NCBI RefSeq assembly: GCF_006345805.1
Contig: NC_042999.1
Span: 111,538,001 to 111,602,000 of the forward strand
From: Octopus sinensis
Taxonomy: Eukaryota
Length of the DNA: 64,000 nucleotides
Reading direction: 5' to 3'
Shown here: positions 14,017 through 27,204 of the stretch, piece after piece
Layout of the letters: each line of letters starts with the position of its first letter
How positions within the stretch are numbered: position 1 is the stretch's first letter
Notes under the pieces: model-generated
Seen by the model: the letters and a program-made list of their open reading frames with translations, nothing else
The model's database searches: none
Told to the model about the DNA's origin: nothing
Made by a program: the position numbers and the translations under genes

Positions 14017-14500
14017 TCTAGTATATATAAATCGCAGTATGTGTGTGTATAATGTCTAGCGCTTACATTTTCACAATTTTCAACCGATTTTCACCAGGCT
14101 TTACACACACGTTGCTTATGGTCATGGACTATAACATTTTTGCCCAGAGCTACCTCGTAATTGGACGTAAATAGACATAGTTTTTTTAGTACGTATGGTC
14201 TTCCATACTTTTTTATCTTTTTAAAAAAGTGAAAGGATTTCGTTTATTTATTTTGTCTGTCCACCAGCGATGGTGGACTAAATTGGCTAGAAATTCCGAT
14301 TTTCACCAAACTATATACACTATGTTCAAAGTATGGTCACGCATTATAACATTTTGCCCAGAGCTGCCGCGTAAATGGACATAAATGGACATAGTTTCTC
14401 TTGTATGTAGGTTCTTCCATACTTTTTTACTATTTCTATAAAAGTGAAAGGATTTTGTCTATTTCGACTATCCACCTACGACGTATATTAAATTGACTAG
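14017..14500 (+). mobile_element. Non-autonomous Helitron-like element with tandemly duplicated ~212-bp 3' unit
   Basis: 5' A|TC start at 14017; hairpin GTCCACCA-GCGA-TGGTGGAC (14259-14278) 8 nt before CTAG (14287-14290); a second diverged unit at 14296-14500 also ends in CTAG. Confidence 0.65.
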
Positions 14501-15337
14501 GAACACTGAACGCGATAAATATCAAATACCAAACAATCTTAATCACCATATTTAAACTGCATTAAACTTTGGTAAGCTTGCTTTTACCTCTTCTCACTTA
14601 CTTCAAAGGTGATTTCTCTGCCATCTCTTCTATTTGTTGATACCTTTGTTTACCTACCAATGCGTTGTTTCACTTTAAAGATGCTTATTTACGCATCCAT
14701 TATATTTCGACTGTTGTTTCAAATGCGTTTTAGCGTTGTCGTTCTAGGCTTTTTTAAACAGTCACATATGATTCGTCCCAAAGAATCAAACATTTAAATA
14801 AGAGTTTTGGGCGGAGTTATGATGTAAGCACGTGCTAAAACCATTCATAATGTTTTTATTTTTATGAATTTTTACAATTTTTTTCGATTCTGTCTTCTGC
14901 ATGATGGAATTAATACGATTGTGAAATTTTGCTTTTATTCTCCCACAACTTTTTTTTAAATTCGTGGTTTTATAATACGGTCAGTCCGAATCTAACATTT
15001 GTTTCTCTTCATAATTTTCAAACAACTTTTTAATACCTTCAAGGAGAAAAAGTCAATTAACTGTCATCATACTTTTTCACATAATCCTGGACTTTATAAG
15101 TGAAATGCCAGTGACATGTTGCATGTCCATCAACAATATTCGCAGGCAGACAGCCGTACGCTGGTACAACATATAGTCCAAGTAGACGAAAACCTTCGTT
15201 TTGAGGGGGGAATGAAGTTGAAAGAGTGGTAAAGAAATTTTGGATACTTATGGTCGTCTTAACCGATGGTGCACCAGTTCTTGTGTGTGTATGTGAGTGT
15301 ATAAAGATATATTCAAAGCAATAGGTATACACCCACG

Positions 15338-15399
<62 letters not shown>

Positions 15400-15699
15400 T
15401 ACAACAAAGCCTAATGGTGTGAATTTTCTAAAACTCCTTTAGGGACAAACGGTTTTCACAATGAATTCCTATTTAATCGGAATCTACACAATCTGAAGCA
15501 TATTTGTAGAAAATTTCATTAAAGAATATTTGATTTACGAATTGTAGAAAGGTTTCGCCACCCTCTACAACGTCAACACCGACGCAATTTTACAGTATTT
15601 ATTAAAAAACATTTTCCAGCTATGTTCTATAAGCATTCGACTTTCTCTTTCCGTTTTCCTTTAATGCTTCTCTTTTCTTTTCTCATTCGCTCCTTTATA

Positions 15700-16185
15700 T
15701 TCCTTGTTTTTCGAGATTCGACTTTCTGTGTGAATATAGTTTATGTTTATTTTGTATATTGAGTTGTGCTTGGTTAATTGTTCTTAGTTGTGAGTTAATC
15801 TTCTATGATTTTCTTGTATGGTTTTGACAATCGACGTGTCGGTAAGTTATAATGATAATGTTGAAATTTATATTTGTAGATCTTTTGCCGCTTCTATATT
15901 CAATTATCCTTTGTACTGCGCTCTTCCACGCTTACAATTCCAAATTTTGCATCCGTAATATTCAGGGATTTATCAATTATCTTTGTTGTGTATAGCAGGT
16001 TTATATCTTATTTTTATAAAAGTGAATTCTGAAACTTTGAAGTTCATGTCCGCTTTGCATTTATATAGTGTTTCGATATTTAAAACATCTGCCTCAGTTT
16101 TACATACTAATATAAAATTCGTTGGCAGTAATAAATCGGTGAATTTTCTTCTACACTCTAAATAGTTGGGATGCGGTCCCACTTA
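15700..16185 (-). mobile_element. Possible highly decayed Penelope-like RT fragment
   Basis: NFILVCKTEADVLNIETL...EFTFIKIRYKPAIHNKDN weakly resembles the PLE RT domain 6-7 and YRKP region; no intact catalytic motif is visible. Confidence 0.3.
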
Positions 16186-16813
16186 TATATACAATGCGTG
16201 CTTTCGCTAGAAGGGCTCCTGGTGGATAATGATTCTCAAAAAATGCACCGATCTTGAGGAATTTACGTGAGAACCACTCATTAACGAATGAGTACTGATA
16301 TTTTCTCGGCACGAGTAGCGTTTGTAACGTTTTGCTGCTAGATAATAGAAAACCGACACACCCCCGTTGACAAATGCTTTCGAGGTTTCTGCTTAAGGTA
16401 GCAGGATGAGTATGGAGTAAGGTGCTTAGGTTGAGAACTAAATGCTTCGCTGGGGATTGTTAGGGTGAAATCAAGAGCAATGTCACTTCCGTGAAATTGG
16501 ATGATGCGAGACATTAATGTATAGAAGGAAAGCAAACAGGAACAAAAACTGTGTGCTCGAGCGTACCAGAGTTGATATATGTATGTACATATATTTTTTT
16601 ATTGTTTCAGCTGAAAAGTTGCGGTCATGCTGGAGCACCGCCGTTTATGAAGATCTCTCTCTCTCTCTCTCTCTCTCTATATAATATATATATATATATT
16701 ATATATATATTATATATATATATATAAATAATATTGGGGAGTATAACTCTAAACTTACAGGGAAAAATTCATTTAATATTAAATCAAATTTCACAATATA
16801 GATATATGAAATA

Positions 16814-17050
16814 CAAATTAGAGATAAAAACCACTATTAGGCAACTCAAGCAGTGATAGACATAAACCAAAACATAAATAACAAATAATATATATTTTTT
16901 TAAATATATAACTAGATCTCAAAAAGTATAAAAATAAATGATCAATATATAAGTTTTGGTTATAAATAATATATATAACCATATATAAAATATGTTTTGG
17001 TTTATGCCTATCACTGTTTGAGTTGCATAATAGTGGTTTTATCTCTAATT

Positions 17051-17052
<2 letters not shown>
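16814..17052. repeat. Fold-back element with ~60-bp inverted terminal arms between (TA)n arrays
   Basis: AAATTAGAGATAAAAACCACTATT...AAACCAAAACATA (~16815-16877) is the near-exact reverse complement of ~16990-17051. Confidence 0.8.
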
Positions 17053-17112
<60 letters not shown>

Positions 17113-17579
17113 ATATATACATATATAAAGATATATATATATATATGTATGTATGTATATATAAGCAAGGCTTGTAGAAGAACACAAGAAATCTTGAAAA
17201 GTTTAAGTTTTTAAATAGAGTTGACGATCGCGGTAAATATTTGATGTTTTAAGGGGCGGTGAGTAGGTGTCTTAGGCAGCTGTAACTGTTTAATATTGCT
17301 TTTCTTGTAACTCCTCTTTCAAGCTCTATGGGCTTTGCTCTGACTTGAGAATTTGAGACTTTGAATTCAGCCCTGCAAGATATCAAAGCAACCGACTATG
17401 ATACAGAGTTCATGTTGCTTACAAACGGGGAACGTGAATTTTCAAGTGATACCTATTTTCTTTTGAAGAACGAAACAATTGGTGACGTTAAATGCCTCAA
17501 ACTTTCTCCAGCCACTGTTGGTAATACCTGACATAGCAATGCAGCAGGATCAAAGAGTTGGGTTGCCACATGTTGTAGA

Positions 17580-17627
17580 GTTAGTAGTAGTAATAATAAT
17601 AATAATAATTATTATTATTATTATTAT

Positions 17628-17686
<59 letters not shown>

Positions 17687-17687
17687 T

Positions 17688-17736
<49 letters not shown>

Positions 17737-17780
17737 TAATAATAATATAATAATAATAATAATAATAATAGTAATATAAT
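17580..17780. repeat. Compound (TAG)n/(TAA)n/(TTA)n microsatellite
   Basis: Direct inspection. Confidence 0.95.
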
Positions 17781-17819
17781 AATAGATATTTACATTTGTA
17801 CATCTTGAAGTTTGGTTGG

Positions 17820-17923
<104 letters not shown>

Positions 17924-18505
17924 ATATATCAAAGCGCATAACATTTATTTTATACATTCCAGTTCAAGGAATAGTAAAGTTGACCCCTGTGGAATTTGAA
18001 CTCCAAATGTAAAAGAAAAAAAAAACAAGTGAAGACAAACATAAAAGTTTCAACATAATTGAATACCAGAAGATATTTAGTCTGGCGACTGTCTATATTA
18101 TGTATATATGTATGTATGCATGTGTATATATGATGCCGCACCGCTGTGAATGTATGTGTATCAGCCAAGTGTATGTGTTACTACTGTTTGTGTTCTTGTA
18201 AGTATGACTGAGGGCAGGAGACAGTCTGGAATTAAATTGAAAATAAGACAAATAATTACAAAACAAAAAAATAAATGTAGGTTGTGTGTATACTTATATG
18301 TATATATGTATATGTATGCATATATATATGTATATGTGTGTATGTGTATACATATTGAGAGAGAGACAGAGACAGACAGAGAGTACGACAGACATATCGA
18401 CAGACAGATCGACAGACAGACTTATAAGTATATATGTACATATACATATACAGAGACAAATAGATAGATAGAGAGATGTAAATATATATACATATATATA
18501 TAAAT

Positions 18506-18536
<31 letters not shown>

Positions 18537-18544
18537 AATATATA

Positions 18545-18675
18545 TATATAGATATAGATATAGATATAGATATAGATATAGATATAGATATAGATATAGA
18601 TATAGATATAGATATAGATATAGATATAGATATAGATATAGATATAGATATAGATATAGATAGATAGATATAGAT
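18545..18675. repeat. (TATAGA)n hexamer array
   Basis: Direct inspection. Confidence 0.95.
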
Positions 18676-18750
18676 ACACACCACACACACATATGGTAAC
18701 AGTAATCCTGGCATTTTACCCTAGCACCCCCACTAATTCCTTCCACAGGC

Positions 18751-18790
<40 letters not shown>

Positions 18791-19940
18791 CATATATATA
18801 TATGTATGTGTGTATGTATGTATGTATAAATATATGTATAAGTATGAATATATACACACGTATGTATATATATGTGTATATTTGTATATATGCATGTATG
18901 TGTATGCATGTATGTATATGCATATGTATATAATACAGTTAAAGTTTTGGGGGCTAAAATTGGTGACAGCCTGATGTAAGAAATCTGGAGTAGGACGAGT
19001 GAAGTCGTCGAAGACTTAGTCGCGGTATCAGGGTATCGTACAAGGACCGCTATAACCATTTCCAAGCTGATGTAATTTCATATGTTGCTGATCAAAGAAA
19101 CATCATTGAAATTACTGCTCCATGATTACCATCGTCAAAACCACCACCATGGCCGCAAGTATAACATCAACACCGCTAACAACGACAACAACAAGTACAA
19201 CAATAATAAAACATTAGATTCAACCTTAGGATATTCTTTTGTTTATTTAGAGCGTATCTGAAAAGATTATCTGCGTAAATTAGGTTTTTGATAAAATGAA
19301 CCATTTTTATAAATAAGGGGAAAATACACACACAGATTTACTTCTATATACAGTCACGTATGTTACATTCATAGAAATATACATATACATATTATACATA
19401 CATACAGACAGGCAGGCAGGGAGACAGACAGACAGATAGATAGACTATACATTTACATCTATACCTATTTATATACGCACACATATATACATATATGTAC
19501 AAATATATAATAAATCTTTACATAAATAAATAACGTGAAATACACGAAGGGACGAATAAAAAGAGAAACGGGTCATTCAAAGCCTTCATTCTTCAGTCAG
19601 AAACTGATCCCTCATCGCAGATTTCGGCTGTTTAATTCTGAGATCCGCTCTGAATCAGCCAGCCACAGAAGGAAAGAATGCAACGCAACAGAGACGAACA
19701 TGAAACGAAAAATCTTTTTTGGAGACAGTAACGGATAAAAACATGGATGACACAGGCGCCCTACGGCTTTGGGACAAAAAGAGAGGCACAAAAACAATAT
19801 CAGCAAGCGTGGAAAAATAATTACCTTTTCGGTGATAAGACACATGTTGAACAAGCGGCCGATGGCAACAGAATGGCTGAGGCAGCAAGTCGCAAGAGGG
19901 TAAGTGAGAGAGGGGACCAAGGAGGGTGGAAGGCGAGGAC

Positions 19941-20026
19941 AGAAGCAGTGACCAAGAGAGAGAGGGAGAGAAGGAATCAGAGAAGAAGCAGTGACCAAGA
20001 GAGAGAGGGAGAGAAGGAATCAGAGA
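19941..20026 (+). repeat. Perfect 43-bp tandem duplication
   Basis: AGAAGCAGTGACCAAGAGAGAGAGGGAGAGAAGGAATCAGAGA at 19941-19983 and 19984-20026. Confidence 0.95.
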
Positions 20027-21059
20027 GGCTGGGAGAAAAAGGCGCCAAAACAATTTGGCAACGAAGCAATGGCGAAGGAAAGAAAATAGTTTAAAGACAT
20101 CGCACGCACGTATACTAACATAAGTTTCTTTTATTTTCGACTTTATTTAACTATTTTGTTTCTGTTTTCCATTTTTTTCTGTTTTGTTTCTTGTTATGTA
20201 GAGTAGACGGCACTAAATTTATATTTGTTAAACTCTCTTAATCTCGCTTACCAATAATAGTTGAAACACTGTAAACTAAGTGTAAAAGAAGAGCTATATA
20301 CACCACTATTTACTTCCACCACGAATCAATACTCAATAAAGACCATCACTCTTGTACTTCACTCGGCTCACTATCACCCTTGCTCTCGACGATACAATAA
20401 CAGTGGCCACACGTGATCGTTCCCCCTGTTAGAAATGAGCAACTATATTTTCTTCAAAACACAGCCTACTATCATAAGAAAAGGAAAAGTTGGATAAAGT
20501 CACCCTGGATTATCAAGATAGATGACAAAAAAATGAGATGTTTATCTTTGGAATGCTGTTTATCAAAGGACTTCTCGATAAGATCAGCATTGGCATAATG
20601 TTAAACAAAAACAACTATAGTAACAAGCTTCTGTGGGTCGATAAAATAAAGGGCCAGTCGAGTACTGCGGTCAACATAAATGACTGACCACGTCCTCTCA
20701 AAAACGGTGCCATTGCGCCTAACTTAGAAATTATTAAGTGTGCATTGTTGCTAATCTTGCTCATCTCCAGCTGCGAACATATCTTTTTTATATATCTCGG
20801 ACTGCATTTCCTTGTAATTTCTTCCTTTTACTTTCTGTTTAAAATGGTCGGCGGTGTGTGATTCTAGAATATTTGGCTACTACCTACAGTAAGATGAGTA
20901 ACTACATAGACTCCCCTTGGTTTGTATATATGCCAGTATATATATGTGTTTAAGAAGTGATTCAAGGACTGGGGGGGAAGGTGGAGTAACATAAAAATAG
21001 TTAAAGTAAATTGTATCTGATTTCGGCAAAAGATTCGCAGTTTTCAAGGGGGAAAAGTT

Positions 21060-21390
21060 ATTCTATAATATTGAACTTAGGGCTTGATAAATACTTTATT
21101 ATTGACTCCCCGAGTGATGAAAGGTAAAGTTGACTCCGACAGGATTTGAACTCTGACGGTAAAGAGATGGAACAAATACCGCAAGACATTGTTTTCCGAC
21201 ACTCAAACAGTTCTATCATCTAGTAGCCCTTCATTTCTGATTTAGCAACAAGATCAGCGCCTCTGTGTGTTTATCAATCCTAAAATAATGACAAGGTTGA
21301 TTGACGTGATCTGAGCTCAGAACATAAATAGCTTGAACAAATACTGTTTAGCAATTTTTCCGAAGCTCTAACTGTTCTGCCAGCATACTG
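21060..21390 (-). mobile_element. Two degenerate SINE family B fragments
   Basis: AAGGTAAAGTTGACTCCGACAGGATTTGAACTC and AAGGTTGATTGACGTGATCTGAGCTC...CTGTTCTGCCAGC resemble the reverse complement of the family B head. Confidence 0.5.
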
Positions 21391-23317
21391 TTTTATATAG
21401 TAAAGTGAATAAAATTGCATTACCAAGCGTGATCGCTTTAACCATGGATATTTATTCAATGAATGAGATCCAACGATAGAGCTACGTCTCCGCAAATTAT
21501 ATCCATATAATTATACCGTCTTGAACAGAAAAGAACAATTCAATGCCCTAGATGGAAATATCAAAGAATGAATACCTTTCATGAAAGTCCTTCCCAGTCA
21601 ATAATGAACTAGAAATAAACAGCAATGAATAGGTAAATGGATATATAATTTGCAAACGAATACCTGAATATTGTTGGTTTTAATAATAATCAATCAGTGC
21701 CATCCTCCCGAAGATCATCATCTTCAATATCGTCATTATCATCATTATCATCGTCATTGCGTCATAGTCTTCGTTTCGTCATCGTCGCTATCTTTGTCAT
21801 CATAATCTTTATCATCATCTTTTTTTTCTCTTTTCCTTCAAACATTGTCAATCCGAACAACACTCTCAGCATTAGCACTAGCAACTATTACAACAACAAG
21901 AATAAGTACTGCATTATTAAGTGAGTCTGACGGGAGATGTGCAGAAAGAATTACTTGAGCGATAAATAAATATTCTGTGTTCAATTTCGCCTTTCAAATA
22001 CTGTTTATTTTGCATGCGCTTTCAAGCTTCGATTATTTTTAAATATCAAACGTAGATGTAACGTTTCATGGATTAATCGTGAAGGTGTTAGGTTCATGAC
22101 TGAACATAATGTCAAGCATTTGACTTTTTAGATAAATTGGAGGATTGAGTAAGGGGCATTGTTTCATGTTGTTCGAGTTAACTGAGCTGAAAATGAAAAC
22201 CAGCCCAAAACTGATGGAGTCCTCTTTCCTTCCTGATGCCACACATGGGTTATTCCACTGTGTCAACGGTGGAGGGAACGAGAGTTTGTATCTACTCTTA
22301 ATTACATAGCTATCTTAAACAATTAGCAAATGCATGGTAAATGTTACTAAACTGTATTCGCTTTCAAGTGACGTTTATACTCAAATGGTATAAATTTTGA
22401 CAGTAGGGAGACAAAGGAAGCTAGAACAATTTGACAGTTTATCAAGGCAGAATTCAAAGGAGAAAGCAAGGTAGAACGTGAGTTACGCTAGAGTGTAAAT
22501 CAGGCTGCCTTGCAGTATTTAGTTGCGTAATAGCAGTATTAAGTTGTGTTATTAGCATTATGTCATTGAAGACGAACTAATTTGAATCACAGGCACCACA
22601 TTAATAAAGATACTATGTTATGTCTTCCCTAATTGAAGGGTTAAAAAAGAATTTTTTTCCTGAGAGGAATCGAAGGAATAAATTATAAGAGCAATAATTA
22701 TGTTTATATGCAAAATAACGTGTATATGTATAAGCAATTATATGTATATGTTTCGTTCAGACAGTTTACATTTGTCACGCTGAATGTTTTCTTCCTAATC
22801 TTGCATAAAATTCTTTTTCTAACCCTTAAGAATTTCAACTTCTATTAAGGAAGACCTATAAGAAGGGAATTAATAGGGTTTCTTTATTTATGGATTATAT
22901 CTGTCTACATATATGTATGCAGGCATGTATGTACGCATATATAAAGAAACAGAGAGAGAGGTAAGGAGAGAACGTATTCATATGTATGTATATTCTTGTA
23001 CAAGATAATATTTCATAAATGATGCGCAAGCATCGAAATTGATACTGTACGCTATTTAATAAACTGTATTTGAATAAGATTCTACACTGCTTATCCATCT
23101 GATAATTACTTTCACCAGCATAAAATGTATTTAAAAAATCATAAATTAATTGGGATATTTGTTAGATATTCGAGAGGTTGTTTGTCTTCTCACAACTAGT
23201 TGGGCATCTAAGACCAATCGAGAAAATATGGTGAGAATAGCTTCTGTGGTAAATAGGGTATTTGTGTGAATGTATATGTGTGTGTATTATAAATATATAT
23301 GTGTATATATATATGTC

Positions 23318-23355
<38 letters not shown>

Positions 23356-23403
23356 CAGAGAGAGAGAGAGAGAGAAATACATACATATATATGTGTATAT
23401 ATA

Positions 23404-23480
<77 letters not shown>

Positions 23481-23482
<2 letters not shown>

Positions 23483-23692
23483 CGGGAAGCTTTATGAAAA
23501 TAGACAAAAGACGAAGGCAGGTGGGAAACAAACAAACAATTGTATTAGTATGGCGCTCAGGAAATATAAATAAAACAAGTCTTTAACGTTTCGAGCCTAC
23601 GCTCTTCAACAGAAAGATACACAGAGAGAAAAAAAACACAGAAAGAAGGAGAGAAAAAAAATGCGTGCAGTAACTAACGAATCAACATGGCG
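23481..23692 (-). mobile_element. ~210-bp Penelope-type terminal unit (pLTR-like) carrying a hammerhead motif, embedded in (TA)n
   Basis: Flanked on both sides by (TA)n; shares the GTATT...CGCTCAGGAAA motif and hammerhead layout with 56595-56792. Confidence 0.6.
23580..23617 (-). ncRNA. Minimal type I hammerhead ribozyme motif, A6U core variant
   Basis: UCUUU-CUGUUGA-A-GAGC(GUAG)GCUC-GAA-ACGU-U-AAAGA: 5-bp stem I, 4-bp stem II, palindromic ACGU stem III. Confidence 0.7.
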
Positions 23693-23757
23693 ATATATAT
23701 ATATATATATATATATATCAGCGGTATTGGTATCCCTCTAGTTAACTCTCTCATATC

Positions 23758-23805
23758 GTCTCTGATGAAGGGATCACCCTAATATCCCAGAAACAGCTGT
23801 AAGAC
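23758..23805 (+). ncRNA. Minimal type I hammerhead ribozyme motif
   Basis: GUCU-CUGAUGA-A-GGGAU(9 nt)AUCCC-A-GAA-AC(AGCU)GU-A-AGAC; palindromic loop 3; A.A apposition at the base of stem II. Confidence 0.7.
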
Positions 23806-24239
23806 TACCTTTTTCTTTATAAATGTCCTTCAAATTCCACACACCCTTGGTTTTGTTATCTCATTTTATTTAACACACACACACACACACACATACATAC
23901 ACTAAATATCATTTTCCATTTTAAGCGGTTGTCGTATTAGAACAAGGAATATTGCGTTAAACTATGAGGGAATCCCTTATATCACTGGCTGGCGATAACC
24001 GTCCGGAAAAGCTGTCAGAGTTGCCTGATCACATGCTTTCGACCTTGGTTTGTTCTTGCTAATATCAGGCTTTCGCGATATTAACACGGGTGCGTTTATG
24101 CAGCACAAGTCGAGATAGGAGGTTCTCTCATGGCAAATACCGCAGTATTCAGTGTGCTAACAACACATCCACTTTAAGTGGAAGATAGATACAACATTTT
24201 GGTATTTCTTCTGTTGCTTTTACGCATATTTAAGCATAT

Positions 24240-24275
<36 letters not shown>

Positions 24276-25027
24276 CATATGCAAGCACACACATAGACAT
24301 ATATGTGTATGTATTTCTATTCACGCGTCAATTTATTATTTTGTTTATGTTTCTTTGTTTGTGAGAGTGTTTGATATCTGTAGATTTGACCTTATAAAGA
24401 AATATAGCCCTAAAACATCTGACAATTATTGATATATCCTTTCTTCTAACCCAAGAATTTAATATAATCCTATCTTCTAAAGGATTAAACTTAAGTTTAT
24501 TATTTTAGTCAAACGTCAATTGACCGATCAATTGACGTTTCGATTGACCATTCAAGACATAACTATGTTAATGTCTATGCTGTCTTCCAGGTAAGATAAG
24601 GTAACCAAAGGTTTAGGACATGAACGACATAAGCATTATGTCCAGAACAGTAGATTAATTTAACGTATGTGAATCAGAGAACTACATTAAAAGTCTTTCC
24701 TGAGTTCATCTCCAGGGATTCTAAGAGGAATTTTATTAGAAATTACAAAATTATCTCCGTACTCCCTTTTGTAGATTCTAGTTTTCAACGTATGCAAATA
24801 TTTTGGTGAGATGTCACAAAATTGTGGAGCCCTCTATGATATACTTTTGCACTCTTCTCACTTTTATGCCCCCCCCCCCCCATGACTGCAAAAGCAGTAA
24901 TAGTGATATATTTAACATTCAATATACCGGATGCAGCATTTATACCTACCCATTATTCTTTTTCTTGGAAAAATGAAAGTTTAAAGGTTGATTGTTATAT
25001 TTATTGACAATATTTTACATCTATTTA

Positions 25028-25240
25028 AGGCCAGCAAAATTGTTAGCATTCCAGGCAAAATGCTTAGCGGCATTTCGTCCGTCCTTACATTCTGAATTCA
25101 AATTCCGCTGAGGTCAACTTTGCCCTTCATCCTGTTGGGGTCGATAAAATTAGTACCACTTGAACACTAGAGTCGGTGTAATCGTCTTACCCACTTCACC
25201 GAAATTGCTGTCCTTGTGCTAAAATTTGAAACCAATATTT
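25028..25240 (+). mobile_element. SINE family B
   Basis: AAATGCTTAGCGGCATTTCGTCCG...GAATTCAAATTCCGCTGAGGTCAACTTTGCCCTTCATCC matches 4738-4896. Confidence 0.75.
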
Positions 25241-26402
25241 TACATATATTTAAAATAGCTATCCTTCGCTTTCTCTATATCCTTTAACCTTTTCTCAAAT
25301 AAATGAATAATGGGTACAAGTATATAATACACCTGGTAGCAGTAATTGGTTCGTAGTAGCTTAACAGATCAGAAAATGAGTGAAAAGCCGTGTTAAAGAT
25401 GATGATCGTCTATTTCTAAATAAACAGAATACTAAATGGCTCGAACTTAGTAACCTAAGATTCCGAATGACTAGATATACCTACAGAGCCACTTTCTTGT
25501 TTCTATATTCTTAATGAACATCTTGAAGTACTTATTTTCATCCAGTGACATAGGCAATGACTTTCCTTCAGACTTGCAAAGAGAATTTAGAAAAAATAAT
25601 AATAATAATAATCTACACCTTGATAAATTCTATAGAATCCCGCTTGCATATTTCAGTTTTTTTCGTGGATAGACAGAAATATATGTTTTCTTGGTTTGCA
25701 CCAATTTCATTTAAAATTAATTGAATTGTAATTTAAACTGTATTCCATTTCGTTAAGAAGAAACATATTTTCCGAACAGAAGACTTGAATTAAGGAAAGA
25801 TTGTTTTGTTTCAATTTTATTTTATCTCTCTTTACCGTCTATTTTTTTTTGCTGACTACGGGATAATTTGAATATAATTTGATTATTCCCACTGTTCATA
25901 AATAAAATGGCTTACTGTTTTTACGTTTATTTTCCTTTCCTTTTCTTAACATTGGTCTAAAGTCAAAGCAATTAAATTTGCTATATCCCATTTTTCTTTT
26001 GACAAACTGAAAAACATGCTTCACATGTACGGAATTCTGAAATTACCAGTTATTCATTGGGAAACTGCCTATATCAATAGCTGGCTAAACATATCCATAT
26101 ATTCTGAATAAAGGTGTTGGATAAATTCTTCTACTTCCATAGTAAGTTATATGTTCAACGACAATAGCTTTTGTAGAGAACATTTTGGAAAATGTAATTC
26201 TCTATAAGTTTGGTTTTTAAAGAAATCTGGAAGTTTTAAGAATATGAATGCACACTATACATAAAACACACTGACATAGACGCACAAACACATACACATA
26301 TACATGTATATATACATAAGTGTGTGTGTATGTGTATGCATGTAAGCGTATGTGTACGCGTAAACATATATCTATTCATAAACACATTCACATGTATATA
26401 TA

Positions 26403-26456
<54 letters not shown>

Positions 26457-26738
26457 ACATATATATATATATAATATATATATATACAATATATATGTAT
26501 ATATATATTATATATGTACACATATATACATACAAATAACTATAAGTATATGTGTGTGTGTGTGCAGTGTCAATGTGTACGTGTGTTTTTGTGTTTGTCC
26601 CCAACAGCTTCACAACCGGTGTTGGTTTATTTATATTCCCGAAAATTAGCGGCTCGGCAACGATGAGATAATTAGCAGACATTGAATAAGTTTTGTCGGT
26701 CGATTTACTCGACTAAATCCTTCAAGGTAGCGTATATT

Positions 26739-26786
<48 letters not shown>

Positions 26787-26789
26787 TTA

Positions 26790-27105
26790 TGTGTGTGTGT
26801 GCGTACATATATTTATATATAAGCAGTCCCTTGGACAAGTGTCGTCTACTATAGCCTGGGCAGTCCAAAGCCTGGTGAGTGGATTTGGGAGACGGAAACT
26901 GAAAGAATCACATCGTTTATGTACGCATGTGTGTGAGTATCTTTGTGTATATATTTGTCTCTCACCACCATTTGACAACCGGTGTTGTCTTGCAACGTCC
27001 CGTAAATTAGCAGTTCGGACAATGGAAGCCGATAAAAAAAACTGAGGTTGATTCGTTCGACAAACCCAGCATGACGGTGCTCCAATGACTGAAACAAGTA
27101 AAACT
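26790..27105 (+). mobile_element. Degenerate SINE family A, 5'-truncated
   Basis: CTTGGACAAGTGTCGTCTACTATAGCC...GGAAACTGAAAGAA...GGTGCTCCAATGACTGAAACAAGTAAAA. Confidence 0.75.
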
Positions 27106-27204
27106 TATACACATATATTTATAGTCACTCAACTCCCCTAACCCTCTCTCTCTCTCTCTCACACACAAATTACCTTGTGATTTATGTTCTCCGTAGTAGT
27201 TATA

